Source of the DNA: an uncultured beta proteobacterium
Lineage (GTDB): Bacteria > Pseudomonadota > Gammaproteobacteria > Burkholderiales > JACQAP01
Length of the DNA: 64,000 nucleotides
NCBI GenBank assembly: GCA_963846655.1
Contig: CAWJWT010000002.1
Coordinates: forward strand, 519,376 to 583,375
Direction: 5' to 3'
Shown here: in pieces, positions 1 to 11,617 of the stretch
Layout: each line of letters opens with the position of its first letter
Numbering within the stretch: position 1 is the first letter of the stretch
Made by a program: the position numbers and the translations under genes
Notes under the pieces: model-generated
Told to the model about the DNA's origin: nothing
Seen by the model: only the letters and a program-made list of their open reading frames with translations
The model's database searches: none

Positions 1-1
1 C

Positions 2-343
2 ATCGTCTCGCACAGTCTGGGTGCGACCATGGCCAATCAGTACCTCATCCATGCCGATTCCACGCCGGTCAAGGCCTGGGTATTCATCGGCATCATCAAT
101 GGTCTGGAAGAAATGTTCCGCATCAAGATCCCGGTGCTGGACGTGTTCGGCAGCAAGGATTGGGAAATCACCCAGGTGGGTGCTTATGAACGCAAGAAGC
201 AGATCGTCAAGGTTCCTGGCTCCGATCAGGTTGTCGTTGCGGATGCGCAGCACTTCTTCGAGGGACGCGAGGAAGAGCTGGTGAAGGTCATCGTGACCTT
301 TCTTGATGACCGGTTCGGCATGGCAAAAAGCGCCGGCAAGTAG
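2..343 (+). CDS. Alpha/beta-hydrolase-fold protein (DUF3530-like), 5' truncated by window edge
   Basis: Frame is open from position 2 and reads IVSHSLGATMANQYL, a nucleophile-elbow-like S-H-S-L-G. It also has DVFGSKD and a C-terminal AQHFF His motif. Confidence 0.6.
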   Translation: MVSHSLGATMANQYLIHADSTPVKAWVFIGIINGLEEMFRIKIPVLDVFGSKDWEITQVGAYERKKQIVKVPGSDQVVVADAQHFFEGREEELVKVIVTFLDDRFGMAKSAGK

Positions 344-462
344 GCCGTTATTGTGCAAGTTATTGATTAAAAATAATTAATGTAGTGCCCACGGCACCCG
401 GACATCGGCTCGTACGCGTATCGGCCAGCCGGGGAACATTCTAGTAATGACCCCCGATAACC

Positions 463-492
463 TTGCGGCTACGCCGGAAAACGGCGTAGAAT
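463..492 (+). promoter_or_regulatory. Putative sigma70 promoter of the rpsP operon
   Basis: TTGCGG-N18-TAGAAT upstream of rpsP. Confidence 0.35.
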
Positions 493-520
493 CGCGCGCT
501 TCGCTTTTGAGGGACAGCAC

Positions 521-775
521 ATGGTAGTTATTCGGCTTTCGCGTGGCGGCGCCAAGAAGCGCCCGTTTTTCAACATGGTCGTGGCGGACTCGCGCAACCC
601 TCGCGATGGTCGTTTCATTGAGCGCGTTGGTTTCTATAATCCCAAGGCGCCGGAAGGTCAGGAAACCCTGCGCATCCAGATGGATCGGCTGACGTATTGG
701 CAGGGCAAGGGTGCGAAGCTTTCCGATACTGCGGCGCGTCTGGTCAAGCAGTTCGGTGACAGCCCCAAGCCCTGA
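521..775 (+). CDS. rpsP: 30S ribosomal protein S16
   Basis: [17 protein letters not shown]...[14 protein letters not shown]; first gene of the trmD operon. Confidence 0.99.
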   Translation: MVVIRLSRGGAKKRPFFNMVVADSRNPRDGRFIERVGFYNPKAPEGQETLRIQMDRLTYWQGKGAKLSDTAARLVKQFGDSPKP

Positions 776-1280
776 ACATCGGGGCCCGGAGAATCTGGTG
801 GTCATGGGGCGCATCCGTGCGCCTTACGGATTGAAGGGCTGGGTCAATGTCCAGCCCTTTACGCAGGAGATCGACGGTCTGCTCCGCTATGGGCAGTGGT
901 GGATCGGAAGTGCGGGACAGTGGCAGGAACATCGCATCGCGGAATCGGCCGTTCACGGATCGATGGTGGTTGCCAGGCTGGAAGGGTGCGGTGACCGCGA
1001 CGCAGCGGCCGGATTGAAGGGCAAGGACGTGGCGGTTCCGCGCGACGCCATGCCGGAAATCCAGGCGGGCGAGTATTACTGGAGCGACCTGCTGGGCCTG
1101 GAAGTCACGACCACGGCGTCAGTCAGACTCGGTCTTGTGACCAAGATTCTTGAAACGGGTGCCAATACGGTGCTCGTCGTGCAAGGCGAAAAAGAAGTGC
1201 TGGTCCCGTTCATCGAAGGCGTTATTGCAGAGGTGGACCTGGCGGCCGGGAAGGTGGTAGTGGATTGGGAACCGAATTGA
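756..1280 (+). CDS. rimM: Ribosome maturation factor RimM
   Basis: [41 protein letters not shown]. Start is uncertain (GTG 756 or ATG 804). Confidence 0.96.
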   Translation: MTAPSPEHRGPENLVVMGRIRAPYGLKGWVNVQPFTQEIDGLLRYGQWWIGSAGQWQEHRIAESAVHGSMVVARLEGCGDRDAAAGLKGKDVAVPRDAMPEIQAGEYYWSDLLGLEVTTTASVRLGLVTKILETGANTVLVVQGEKEVLVPFIEGVIAEVDLAAGKVVVDWEPN

Positions 1281-1293
1281 CGATGGCGCGGCG

Positions 1294-2067
1294 ATGACGC
1301 ATTTCGACGTAGTCACCTTGTTCCCTGAAATGTTCGAGGCGCTCACCGGCAGCGGCATCACCCAGCGGGCGCGCAGCAACGGCCACTATCAACTTGTGTT
1401 GTGGAATCCGCGGGATTTCAGCAGCAACGCCTACCGCAGCGTGGACGACAGGCCTTACGGGGGCGGCCCGGGCATGGTCATGATGGCCGAGCCGCTGGCC
1501 AAGGCGTTGCGCGCCGCGCGGCAACGGCAGCAAAGCTGCGGATTGAGGCGGTCGCGCATGATTTATCTGTCGCCGCAGGGCCGGCCGCTGACGCAGCGTA
1601 TCGTTGAGGAACTGGGGCAGTACGAAGGTCTGGTCATGCTGGCCGGAAGGTATGAAGGCGTCGATGAGCGCCTGCTGATTGCCGAGATTGAAGATGAGAT
1701 CTCGATCGGCGACTATGTTTTGTCCGGCGGGGAATTGCCTGCAATGGTTTTGATGGATGCACTGATACGGCGCATGCCGGGCGCGCTGAACGACGCGGAG
1801 TCGGCGCAACAGGATTCGTTTGCAAACGGATTGCTCGATTGCCCGCAATACACGCGGCCGGAGATATACGAACACGATGCAGTTCCGCCGGTGCTGTTAT
1901 CCGGGCACCACGCGCAGATTGTGCGCTGGCGCATGAAACAATCGCTGGGCCGGACGTGGTGCAGGCGTCCTGAACTGCTGGCCAACATGGCATTGAGCGC
2001 CGAGCAGGCCGCATTGCTGGAAGAATACAAGTTGGAATCACAAGAAGCGCAGGAGCTGATCAAATGA
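1294..2067 (+). CDS. trmD: tRNA (guanine37-N1)-methyltransferase
   Basis: [41 protein letters not shown]. Confidence 0.99.
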   Translation: MTHFDVVTLFPEMFEALTGSGITQRARSNGHYQLVLWNPRDFSSNAYRSVDDRPYGGGPGMVMMAEPLAKALRAARQRQQSCGLRRSRMIYLSPQGRPLTQRIVEELGQYEGLVMLAGRYEGVDERLLIAEIEDEISIGDYVLSGGELPAMVLMDALIRRMPGALNDAESAQQDSFANGLLDCPQYTRPEIYEHDAVPPVLLSGHHAQIVRWRMKQSLGRTWCRRPELLANMALSAEQAALLEEYKLESQEAQELIK

Positions 2068-2441
2068 ATCTCATACAGAAAATCGAACAGGAAGAAATGA
2101 CCCGTCTGGGGAAGAACATTCCCGCATTTGCGCCGGGTGACACCGTCATCGTCAATGTGAAAGTTGTGGAAGGCGACCGCAAGCGCGTGCAGGCTTACGA
2201 GGGCGTGGTTATTGCGATCCGCAACAAAGGACTTAATTCCTCGTTCATCGTGCGCAAGATGTCGTCCGGTGAAGGCGTGGAGCGCACGTTCCAGACTTAC
2301 TCCCCGTTGATCGCCAGTATCGATCTCAAGCGCCGCGGCGATGTGCGCCGTGCGAAGCTCTACTACCTGCGCGATCGCTCCGGCAAGTCCGCGCGGATTC
2401 GCGAGAAGCTGGAAACCGAAAAGACGGTTGAAGCAGAATAA
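2064..2441 (+). CDS. rplS: 50S ribosomal protein L19
   Basis: [29 protein letters not shown]. Confidence 0.99.
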   Translation: MNLIQKIEQEEMTRLGKNIPAFAPGDTVIVNVKVVEGDRKRVQAYEGVVIAIRNKGLNSSFIVRKMSSGEGVERTFQTYSPLIASIDLKRRGDVRRAKLYYLRDRSGKSARIREKLETEKTVEAE

Positions 2442-2466
2442 GAAGAACGAGTGGTGTTCGGACATG

Positions 2467-2492
2467 AAGGCGGCGTATGCCGCCTTTTTTTT
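2467..2492 (+). terminator. Rho-independent terminator after rplS
   Basis: AAGGCGGC-GTAT-GCCGCCTT followed by a T run. Confidence 0.85.
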
Positions 2493-2500
2493 GCGCATCG

Positions 2501-3211
2501 CTAGACAACGCGACTACGGTCCGCCAGCAACACCTGCTGGATATAGCTCTGAAGGAGCAATCCTTCGGTTGGATGGAGCTTGCTGAAGCGCACGCCATGG
2601 GAAAATGCGGCTGCTGGACCCTGTTCCTGGCCAATCTTGCGAACGCTCTGGATGTGGGCGGTCGTGGCCAGCTTGACCTCATAATTGTTGGGCTGGACCA
2701 CGAACTTGAATGCGAGGCCGAATTTTTCGCCCGCATCGCCCAGGTTTTGTTCGGTTTCCAGTTGCGCGCCTGAAACGCTCAGGTCGGATAGCACAACCGG
2801 ATGGGGCGCCGAATCGCCTTGCTTCGAATCCGACGCGATGCCCGGCAAGGCGATGCGCACGCGCAGCGCCCCTCTGATCAGCGTCTGCTGCACATGGGCA
2901 GGATATGCCAGATGCAAGTAGGGGTAAGGCAGGCGGCAGACGCGTTCTACGCTGGACTCCATGGTGAACGCATGCCGTCCGGAGAAGGCGCGCACCAGCA
3001 CCTTGACGCCCTCGGGTACTGGAATCGGCACATTCTGCTCCTGGGGCGTGCGCACCAGCACGCTGTGGCCGGGAACGAAGCCGATCAACGTGGTGTAGTA
3101 CTGAAGGGGCGCATCCTGGGCATCGAGTTCCACTTGCAGGCGATCACCCGCGTGAAGCTGTGTTGCCTCGAAACTGCAGGTGGAAACTTTCGATTGGTCA
3201 AGGTTCGTCAT
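2501..3211 (-). CDS. YcgR-like/flagellar-brake PilZ-domain c-di-GMP-binding protein
   Basis: N-terminal YcgR-like domain (PYPYLHLAYP) plus the PilZ motifs RxxxR (RGALR) and DxSxxG (DLSVSG). Confidence 0.85.
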   Translation of the reverse strand: MTNLDQSKVSTCSFEATQLHAGDRLQVELDAQDAPLQYYTTLIGFVPGHSVLVRTPQEQNVPIPVPEGVKVLVRAFSGRHAFTMESSVERVCRLPYPYLHLAYPAHVQQTLIRGALRVRIALPGIASDSKQGDSAPHPVVLSDLSVSGAQLETEQNLGDAGEKFGLAFKFVVQPNNYEVKLATTAHIQSVRKIGQEQGPAAAFSHGVRFSKLHPTEGLLLQSYIQQVLLADRSRVV

Positions 3212-3416
3212 GGATATCTGCTTTCTGCCCGGCGAGAACGTTCGCGCAGTTGCAAAGTATAGCCAAGTCGGATGGCCAACAGCAGCCGGATGGCATTGCT
3301 ACAATGACCGCATCCACCCCGATGTTGTCGCCGAGGGAACAAACGCAAACGCTTGCCCGGATACAGATGAACGTCAGAAGTTGGTGGGTCCATTTCGAAC
3401 ATCCCGGCGCCGCACG

Positions 3417-4313
3417 ATGAATCCGGACGAGGCCTTACTGGATGAATTTGGCGATGCTTTATGGCTGGAGGATGGCCTGTCGCGCAACACACTCGAAAGC
3501 TACCGGCGCGACCTTCGCCTTTTCTCGGCCTGGCTGTCCTCAGGGCGCGGTAAATCCCTGTTGCAGGCGCGCCATGTGGATCTGCTCGATTATCTGGCCT
3601 ACAAGTTCCAACGAAAATCTCGACCGCGTTCGGCCGCGCGCCTGTTGTCGAGCCTGAAGCGCTTTTACCGTTATTTGCTGCGGGAGAACCGGATCCAGAC
3701 CGACCCGACCTTACAAGTCTCCGCGCCGAAACTGCCGCGCAGTTTGCCCAGGACACTGACTGAAGAAGATGTCGATGCCCTGCTCGGTGTGCCCAATGTC
3801 GATACGGCCCTGGGCCTTCGCGACAAGGCCATGCTCGAAACGCTCTACGCCAGCGGGTTGCGCGTCTCCGAACTCGTCACCATGACCGTTATGCAACTGA
3901 GCCAGGACATGGGTGTGGTGCGCGTCATGGGCAAAGGCAGCAAGGAGCGGCTGGTGCCCATTGGCGAGGAAGCGCTCGCCTGGATTCGCCGTTACCTGGA
4001 CAGCGGCCGCCCGGCGATTCTCGACGGCAGGCCAGTCGATGCCCTGTTCGTTACCGCTCGGGGCGCATCGATGACAAGGCAGGCGTTCTGGTATCTGATT
4101 CGACGTTATGCGAAACAGGCTGATATCGGCAAGCAGATCTCCCCGCATACGTTGCGTCACGCCTTTGCTACCCACTTGCTCAACCATGGAGCCGATTTGC
4201 GCGTGGTTCAGATGCTGCTGGGACATGCCGATATTTCCACCACACAGATCTACACGCATATCGCGCGCGAGCGGTTGAAGCAACTACATGCCCGTCATCA
4301 TCCACGGGGATAA
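3417..4313 (+). CDS. xerD: Site-specific tyrosine recombinase XerD
   Basis: GLSRNTLESYRRDL, LYASGLRVSELV, GKGSKERLVP, SPHTLRHAFATHLLNHGADLRVVQMLLGHADISTTQIYTH, HHPRG. Confidence 0.97.
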   Translation: MNPDEALLDEFGDALWLEDGLSRNTLESYRRDLRLFSAWLSSGRGKSLLQARHVDLLDYLAYKFQRKSRPRSAARLLSSLKRFYRYLLRENRIQTDPTLQVSAPKLPRSLPRTLTEEDVDALLGVPNVDTALGLRDKAMLETLYASGLRVSELVTMTVMQLSQDMGVVRVMGKGSKERLVPIGEEALAWIRRYLDSGRPAILDGRPVDALFVTARGASMTRQAFWYLIRRYAKQADIGKQISPHTLRHAFATHLLNHGADLRVVQMLLGHADISTTQIYTHIARERLKQLHARHHPRG

Positions 4314-4325
4314 CGAAGGAACTTT

Positions 4326-4940
4326 ATGCCAATGGCGTCATTCGCATTCATCGTTGCGGCTTATCTGATCGGTTCGATTTCGTTCGCGGTCGTCGTCAGC
4401 TGGTGGTTTCGTCTCCCGGACCCGCATACCTATGGCTCCGGTAATCCTGGAGCGACCAATGTGCTGCGGACGGGAAAGAAGTCTGCCGCGGTGCTGACCT
4501 TGGTCGGCGATGCCGCCAAAGGCGCTGTTGCGCTTTGGCTGGCGATCCGGTTGGCCCCGCAGTTCGGCATTGGCGAGATGACATTGGCAGCCGTTGCCCT
4601 CGCCGCGTTCCTGGGCCATTTGTTCCCGGTGTATTTTCGGTTCAGGGGCGGGAAGGGTGTGTCAACCGCAGCGGGAATCCTGCTGGCATTGGATCTGCGG
4701 ATCGCGGGCGTGGCGCTGATTGCCTGGCTGATCACGGTGCTGGTATTGCGCTATTCCTCCCTGGCCTCGATGTTCGGTGCGATTGCCGCAACGTTCGCGT
4801 CGGTTTATTTCCTGGGGTTCGGCCCTTACGCCTGGATGGTCCTGACGATGACGGTGCTCCTGCTCTGGCGCCACCGGGGCAATATCGATCGACTCGTGCA
4901 TGGCACGGAAAGCCGCGTCAGGCTCTCGCGGGGCGTATAA
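4326..4940 (+). CDS. plsY: Glycerol-3-phosphate acyltransferase PlsY
   Basis: [42 protein letters not shown]. Confidence 0.97.
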   Translation: MPMASFAFIVAAYLIGSISFAVVVSWWFRLPDPHTYGSGNPGATNVLRTGKKSAAVLTLVGDAAKGAVALWLAIRLAPQFGIGEMTLAAVALAAFLGHLFPVYFRFRGGKGVSTAAGILLALDLRIAGVALIAWLITVLVLRYSSLASMFGAIAATFASVYFLGFGPYAWMVLTMTVLLLWRHRGNIDRLVHGTESRVRLSRGV

Positions 4941-5940
4941 GTTCTTCCAGGTCCCAGCGCGGCCGGACTGAGAATTCGTGGGATGCGCCCGCGCCGGCGC
5001 GCAGGCGCTGCGCGCCCGCATACGCGATCATCGCGCCGTTGTCCGTGCATAAATCAAGCGGCGGGTAGAACACCTCGAACCCCGCCGATTCCGATGCTTG
5101 CGCCATCGCCTCGCGCAACCGCCGGTTGGCGCCCACACCGCCGGCCACGACCAGCTGCCCCAGCCCGGTTTGCGTGATGGCTGCGCAGGCCTTGGCAACG
5201 AGCACCTCGACAATCGCCTCCTGGAAGGCGGCGGCGATATCGGCCGTGTTCTGCGCGGTGGCCTCTTGGCGGGTCGTCAAGGTGAGCGCCGCAGTTTTCA
5301 AACCGGAAAAGCTGAAATTCAGGTCGCCACTCGCAATCATGGGCCGGGGCAACTTGTAGCGCCGCGCATTGCCCGAACCGGCCAGCTTGGCAAGGGCGGG
5401 CCCGCCGGGGTAGGGCAGCCCCAGCAATTTGGCGGTCTTGTCGAAGGCCTCGCCCGCCGCATCGTCCACGGTTTCGCCCAGCAGGACGTAATCGCCGACC
5501 GCGCCTACTCGCATGATCTGGGTGTGGCCTCCGGATACCAGCAACGCCACGAACGGAAAACGCGGGGCGGGTTCCGCGAGTAACGGCGAGAGCAGATGGC
5601 CCTCCAGATGATGCAGCCCGATGACCGGGATCTTCAGCGCGAAGCCCAGGCTGGCCGCAACGCTGGCCCCCACCAGGAGGGCCCCCGCCAGGCCGGGGCC
5701 CTGGGTATACGCGATGCCGTTCAGGTCCCCCAGGGCCTTGCCGGTTTGCGCCAGCAACTGGCGGGTAAGGGGCAAGAGGCGGCGTACATGGTCGCGCGAT
5801 GCCAGTTCAGGCACGACCCCCCCATAGTCGGCGTGCAGGGCCACCTGCGAGTAGAGCGTATGGCCGAGCAGACCCGCCGTGGTATCGAACAAGGCGACTC
5901 CGGTCTCGTCACAAGAGGTTTCAATGCCTAGAACCAGCAT
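4918..5940 (-). CDS. tsaD: tRNA N6-adenosine threonylcarbamoyltransferase TsaD
   Basis: [48 protein letters not shown]; convergent 23-bp overlap with plsY. Confidence 0.99.
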   Translation of the reverse strand: MLVLGIETSCDETGVALFDTTAGLLGHTLYSQVALHADYGGVVPELASRDHVRRLLPLTRQLLAQTGKALGDLNGIAYTQGPGLAGALLVGASVAASLGFALKIPVIGLHHLEGHLLSPLLAEPAPRFPFVALLVSGGHTQIMRVGAVGDYVLLGETVDDAAGEAFDKTAKLLGLPYPGGPALAKLAGSGNARRYKLPRPMIASGDLNFSFSGLKTAALTLTTRQEATAQNTADIAAAFQEAIVEVLVAKACAAITQTGLGQLVVAGGVGANRRLREAMAQASESAGFEVFYPPLDLCTDNGAMIAYAGAQRLRAGAGASHEFSVRPRWDLEELIRPARA

Positions 5941-6035
5941 AAGGTGTTGAGTTGATTGGTCCGTTGTGCAGCGCCAGGGCGCTGGGGAAGGTCGGGCCCA
6001 GGGTCATCTACCCGGCCGGGACTCGCTTTAGTGTT

Positions 6036-6063
6036 TTGCAATTCAATGGATTATTGATAGAAT
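6036..6063 (+). promoter_or_regulatory. Putative sigma70 promoter of rpsU (extended -10)
   Basis: TTGCAA-N16-TAGAAT, with TGn before the -10. Confidence 0.5.
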
Positions 6064-6106
6064 TCGACCCTCGTTTTTTAGCCGACCCCTCAGGACAGTA
6101 TTTTTT

Positions 6107-6319
6107 ATGCCGACGATTCGTGTCAAGGAAAATGAACCTTTCGAAGTGGCGATGCGCCGTTTCAAGCGCACCGTTGAAAAAACCGGGCTGCTGACCGAAT
6201 TGCGCGCGCGCGAGTTCTATGAAAAGCCGACATCGGAGCGCAAACGCAAACTTGCCGCCGCGGTCAAGCGCCATCACAAACGGCTGCGCAGCCAGTTGTT
6301 GCCGCCCAAGCTTTACTGA
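6107..6319 (+). CDS. rpsU: 30S ribosomal protein S21
   Basis: [21 protein letters not shown]...REFYEKPT. Confidence 0.99.
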   Translation: MPTIRVKENEPFEVAMRRFKRTVEKTGLLTELRAREFYEKPTSERKRKLAAAVKRHHKRLRSQLLPPKLY

Positions 6320-6407
6320 GCCTTAAGCAGGGCAAGATCCTAACGGTGAATGGGATGCCATTCACCGTTTTGCTTTTCTGAATTCCGGTCCCCATCTATC
6401 TTTGCGC

Positions 6408-6854
6408 ATGGCACTCAAAGAACGCATCTCCGAGGATATGAAGACCGCAATGCGCGCGAAGGATGCGCCGCGGCTGTCTGCGATCCGCTTGCTGCTCGCC
6501 TCGCTCAAGCAGCGCGAAGTCGATGAGCGCATAGAACTCACTGATGCCGATGTGCTCGCGATCATCGAAAAAATGATCAAGCAGCGGCGCGATTCCATCG
6601 AGCAGTTCACCAAAGGCGCGCGTCAGGATCTCGCGGACAAGGAGCAGTTCGAAATCTCCGTGCTGCAAGCCTACATGCCCGCGGCGATGTCGGTTGCAGA
6701 GATCGATGCCGCAGTCGCCGAGGCTATTTCGAGCACGAGTGCCACGCGCATGGCCGACATGGGCGCCGTGATGGCAATCCTCAAACCCAGGCTGGCGGGT
6801 CGCGCCGATCTCGGCAAAGTGTCCGCCCTGGTCAAGAGCAAACTCGCGGGTTGA
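6408..6854 (+). CDS. GatB/YqeY domain protein
   Basis: LKERISEDMKTAMRAKD, KQRRDSIEQF, MGAVM..LKPRLAGRAD; usual position between rpsU and dnaG. Confidence 0.93.
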   Translation: MALKERISEDMKTAMRAKDAPRLSAIRLLLASLKQREVDERIELTDADVLAIIEKMIKQRRDSIEQFTKGARQDLADKEQFEISVLQAYMPAAMSVAEIDAAVAEAISSTSATRMADMGAVMAILKPRLAGRADLGKVSALVKSKLAG

Positions 6855-7031
6855 CAACAACGCGCCGTGCAATGGCGCGCGGTGCCCTTTGCGCCGCGCG
6901 CTGTTCATTGAACAGGAACGTCCCGATTGCCCGGAAATCCGTAGAATCTGACCTATAATTCGTCCCGAAGCCTGCCCGCAACGGCTGTCGGCCTGAACCA
7001 GCAGGAACTCACGGCGAGACCATTCCGATCC

Positions 7032-8785
7032 ATGATTCCGCAATCTTTTATTCAGGATCTTCTGAATCGCGTGGACATCGTGGACGTCGTCGAGTCTTAT
7101 GTTCCGCTCAAGCGGGCCGGCGCCAATTTCGCCGCCCGCTGTCCGTTTCACAGCGAAAAATCGCCCTCGTTCACCGTAAGCCAGACCAAGCAGTTTTATC
7201 ATTGCTTCGGCTGCGGCGCGCACGGCACCGCCATCAGCTTTCTGATGGAGCATCAGGGCATGGGCTTCGTCGATGCCGTCAAGGACCTCGCCGAGCCGCG
7301 TCGGCATGACGGTGCCCGAGCAGGTGCGCAGATCCGGCGCGCAGGGAAAAAGTGGAGGCCGCCGAGGATCTGACGGAAGTCATGCAGAAGGCCGCACAGT
7401 TTTACAAGGCGCAACTCAAGTCATCCGACAAGGCGGTGGCCTATCTCAAGAATCGCGGACTGACGGGCGAGATCGCGGCGCGCTACGGCATTGGGCTACG
7501 CCCCGGACGGCTGGCAGAACCTGGACGCAGTGTTTGACGATTACCAGGCCAAAGCGTTGAACGAAGCGGGCCTTGTGATCATCAGCGACGAAGGCCGGCG
7601 CTACGACCGCTTTCGCGACCGCGTCATGTTCCCGATCCACAATCAGCGCGGCGTCATCATCGGGTTCGGCGGGCGCGTCATCGACCAGGGCGAACCGAAG
7701 TACCTGAATTCCCCGGAAACGCCGCTGTTCGAGAAAGGCCGCGAGCTCTACGGCCTGTTCCAGGCGAGACGCGCGATTCGCGAAGCCGGGCGCGTCGTCG
7801 TCGTCGAAGGCTATATGGACGTGGTCATGCTGCGCCAGTTTGACATCGGCTACGCGGTGGCAACGCTCGGTACGGCGACCACGCCGTGGCAGGTGCAGAA
7901 ACTGCTGCGCCAGACGGATAACGTCATCTATTGCTTCGATGGCGACGCAGCCGGGCGCCGCGCGGCCTGGCGTGCATTGGAAAACAGCCTGGCCCATCTG
8001 CAGGACGGCAAGCAGGTGCGGTTCCTGTTTCTGCCGGCCGAGCACGATCCCGACAGCTTCGTGCGCGCGAATGGCAGGCAAGCCTTCGAAACACTGCTCG
8101 ATGTGGCGCCGCCGCTGTCTGAAATTCTCGTGCAGGAGCTGACGTCGCGGGTAGACATGCACACCGCCGAGGGCCGGGCAAAGTTCTTGCAAGAAGCCAA
8201 GCCGCTGGTGAAGCAGGTGGCCGCGCCCATGCTCTCGCTGATGTTGCGCAAACACATTGCCGAGCTGGCGGGGCTGTCGCAGGCCGAACTCGATCGCAAT
8301 TTCGAAATCAAAGCATTAACACGTCGCGGGCAGGTGCTGGCGCGACGCGAAGGCGGTCAAACCGTCGATGCCTCGCAAACTGGCCGAGATGCTGGCGCTC
8401 AAGCCTTCGCTGGCGGTGTTGGCCCCGCCTTCAAGTCAGTACGCAGACGTGGCGCGCCAGCCGTTTCCCGTCGAGATGGAGTTTTTGTTCCGGCTGGTTG
8501 ATTTGTGTCTGCATCAGCCCGATTTACGCAGTATCGCGGAGCATTTTCGCGGCGATGCGTTTGAAGAGCTGGCGCGCGAGATCGAGGTGGGCAGTTTCCG
8601 ATGGGAACATCTGGACAGTGCGGAGCTCGAAGTCGAGTTCTCCGGGGCGTGGCAAGGCCTCAATGAACAAGCGCGGATGGCGCGCGCCAGCGTGTATTCG
8701 GAGAAGAAACCTTCCTCCTTCCCAGATGACCGCCGAGGAGAAGGAAATGATTCGTAGCCTGCATCGACGTGATGCGCCGGAATGA
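7032..8785 (+). CDS. dnaG: DNA primase (split by about 5 apparent indels)
   Basis: Zn ribbon CPFHSEKSPSF/YHCFGCG, YDRFRDRVMFPI, PKYLNSPET, TOPRIM VVEGYMDVV/FDGDAAG. Frame switches lie near 7295, 7350, 7492, 8350 and 8720. Confidence 0.95.
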
Positions 8786-8853
8786 GTCCGGTATAATGCG
8801 CGGTTCTTTTTGTCGGCTGCACTTAAGCACTTGTTTTCGAGGGAATAAGGCAC

Positions 8854-10760
8854 ATGGCTAGGGAAAGACGCAAGGACGAACAAGGAGCAGGTCCAGGTTC
8901 AGCAGCCGATCGATGCTGAAGCCCGCCGCATGCGCCTGAAGAATCTGATCGTGCTGGGCAAGGAGCGTGGCTACCTGACCTATGCCGAGATCAACGATCA
9001 TCTGCCCGACGACATGCTCGATGCCGAGCAGATCGAAAACATCATCAGCATGATCAACGACATGGGCATTCAGGTCTACGACGAGGCGCCCGACGCCGAA
9101 ACGCTGCTGATGAATGAGTCCACGCCCGCCGTCGTGCCCGACGAGGACGTGGTCGAGGAAGCCGAGCAGGCCCTGTCCACGGTCGATTCCGAATTCGGCC
9201 GCACCACCGACCCGGTGCGCATGTACATGCGCGAGATGGGCTCGGTCGAGCTGCTCACGCGCGAAGGCGAGATCGAAATCGCCAAGCGCATCGAAGACGG
9301 CCTGAAGCATATGATCCAGGCGATTTCCGCCTGCCCCACGACGATTGCCGAAATCCTGCGCCTTGCCGAAAAAATTGAACGCGAGGAAATGCGCATCGAC
9401 GAAGTCGTCGACGGGCTTGATCGATCCGAACGCGCCCGAAGAAGCGACTTGCCGAAGAAATCTCCGAAGAACAGCTCGAAGAAGATCTCGGCACCGACGA
9501 CGCCGACGACGATGACGGCGCCGCGGTGCAAAACGCAGCGCTGCTGCAACTGAAAGCCGACGCGCTGGAGCGCTTTGCGAAGATGCGCGTGCTCTACACC
9601 AAGATGACCAAGGCGCTGGCGAAGAACGGCTCGCGCAGCCGGCCTTATCAGAAAGCGCAGGAAGAAATCTCCGCCGAGCTGATGTTCATCCGCTTTTCGG
9701 CCAAGCAGGTCGAAGCGCTGTGCGACGGCCTGCGCGGACTGGTGGAGGAAGTGCGTTCGTACGAACGCGCGATCATGGAACTGTGCGTGGAGAAAGCCGG
9801 CATGCCGCGGGCTTACTTCATCAAGAACGTTCCCGGGCAACGAAGAAGACCTGAACTGGGTTGGACGCGAAGTGGCGCGGCCGCAAGCCGTATAGCGAAG
9901 TGCTGTCGCGCTTCACGCCGGCGATCATGGAACAGCAGCAGTCCCTGATCGATCTGCAGAAGCGCGTCGGCATTCCGGTCAAGGACCTGAAGGAAATCAA
10001 TCGCCAGATGTCCACCGGCGAAGCCAAGGCACGCCGCGCCAAGCGCGAAATGACCGAGGCCAACCTGCGCCTGGTGATTTCGATCGCCAAGAAATACACC
10101 AACCGCGGCCTGCAGTTCCTCGACCTGATCCAGGAAGGCAACATCGGCCTGATGAAGGCCGTCGACAAGTTCGAATATCGGCGCGGCTACAAATTCTCGA
10201 CGTACGCGACGTGGTGGATCCGCCAGGCCATCACCCGCTCGATCGCCGACCAGGCGCGCACCATCCGCATTCCGGTGCACATGATCGAAACCATCAACAA
10301 GATGAACCGGATTTCGCGCCAGATCCTGCAGGAGACCGGCGCGGAGCCGGATCCCGCGACGCTGGCGGTGAAGATGGAAATGCCGGAAGAGAAAATCCGC
10401 AAGATCCTGAAGATCTCCAAGGAACCGATTTCGATGGAAACGCCGATCGGCGACGACGACGATTCCCACCTCGGCGATTTCATCGAGGACCAGGCCACCA
10501 TGGCGCCGTCGGACGCGGCGATCTACACCAGCCTGCGCGATGCGACCAAGGAGGTGCTCGATACGCTGACGCCGCGCGAAGCCAAGGTGCTGCGCATGCG
10601 CTTCGGCATCGAAATGAATACCGACCATACGCTCGAAGAAGTCGGCAAGCAGTTCGATGTCACGCGCGAGCGCATACGCCAGATCGAAGCCAAGGCCCTG
10701 CGCAAACTGCGTCATCCGTCGCGCTCCGAACGGCTGCGCAGCTTCCTCGACAACAACTGA
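8854..10760 (+). CDS. rpoD: RNA polymerase sigma factor RpoD (split by apparent indels)
   Basis: Region 1.1 [86 protein letters not shown]. Frame switches lie near 8861, 9420-9450 and 9828-9875. Confidence 0.97.
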
Positions 10761-10783
10761 CGTATTCCCGCAACTGAATCTAG

Positions 10784-10811
10784 AATGGCCGGGCGTCACC
10801 CGGCCATTTTT
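10784..10811 (+). terminator. Rho-independent terminator after rpoD
   Basis: AATGGCCGGG-CGTCA-CCCGGCCATT-TTT. Confidence 0.75.
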
Positions 10812-10830
10812 GTGCGGTGCATTCCTTAAC

Positions 10831-10907
10831 GGGCCTGTAGCTCAGCTGGTTAGAGCAGAGGACTCATAATCCTTTGGTCGTCGGTTCAAGTCCGACCGGG
10901 CCCACCA
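10831..10907 (+). tRNA. ileX: tRNA-Ile2 (CAT anticodon, lysidine type)
   Basis: Cloverleaf GGGCCTGTAGCTCAGCTGGTTAGAGCA-GAGGA-CTCATAA-TCCTT...GGTTCAAGTCC...CCCACCA. Position after rpoD and similarity to ileX favour Ile2 over Met. Confidence 0.93.
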
Positions 10908-10948
10908 ATTTCCTCATCTGTTGCAGTGACTACATTTGACAGACTTTA

Positions 10949-11341
10949 TTGGCTGTGCGAGCAGATTTGCATTTGACTCCCGAAATTGCGAAGTCACTAA
11001 AAATAACGTTACCGGCGCGGCCGTGCGGAACTGATGTTCCAGAGGGCATGCCGCCGAGGCCCGCGTCGATGCTCGACTGGTTGGTGGTCAAGCCCGCGGA
11101 GCTTGCAGCCACCAGCGAATCATCGAAGTCCAGGAAAACCTCGGCCCTCAAGAACATTGCTATCGACTGGAACTGGGCGCAAGGCCTGCGCAATGCCTGC
11201 GGGCTGGCGCCGTTCGAGCGCAAGGACGCATTGGCCGATTTCGCGCAACAGCCCAGTGGATCGGAATCGAAAAAATCCTCGCCTGCGCAATTCTTGCGCG
11301 ATCTGAAGGAGTCCTTACCCGACTGGATGGTTTTGAAGTAG
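10949..11341 (+). CDS. Hypothetical protein (possible remnant after the tRNA)
   Basis: 130-aa ORF with a TTG start and no recognised motif. Confidence 0.35.
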   Translation: MAVRADLHLTPEIAKSLKITLPARPCGTDVPEGMPPRPASMLDWLVVKPAELAATSESSKSRKTSALKNIAIDWNWAQGLRNACGLAPFERKDALADFAQQPSGSESKKSSPAQFLRDLKESLPDWMVLK

Positions 11342-11617
11342 TACTTGGCGAGCGAGAGGAGCTGAGTTGCGGCTTTCTGATTGCACGGCCAATTGCTGCG
11401 TATGGACGAGTTGATTATTGCGCGCCGCCTTGTCCCGGTAGACCGCGAACATTTCTACGGATTGCACCCCTCGAGTTACGCCCTACGCATACGTTAGCGG
11501 GGGTGATGTTCGCGTTGCGTGCGATCCAAAGCCCTGCGTGTACGGCAGAAGCTGCGAGCGGATCAGTGCACACAGCGTGGTGGATGAGGATGTGTCAGAC
11601 GCCTGAGTAGCCAACGC

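Noticed and set aside
3417-4313. Mobile-element integrase
   Set aside because: It has XerD-specific motifs and a housekeeping context beside plsY and tsaD.
7032-10760. Programmed frameshifting or true pseudogenes in dnaG and rpoD
   Set aside because: There are too many scattered shifts in essential genes, several at homopolymers. Sequencing error is far simpler.
10831-10907. tRNA-Met
   Set aside because: The anticodon is CAT, but the sequence and the position after rpoD match Ile2. It lacks the initiator's C1:A72 mismatch and triple G-C anticodon stem.
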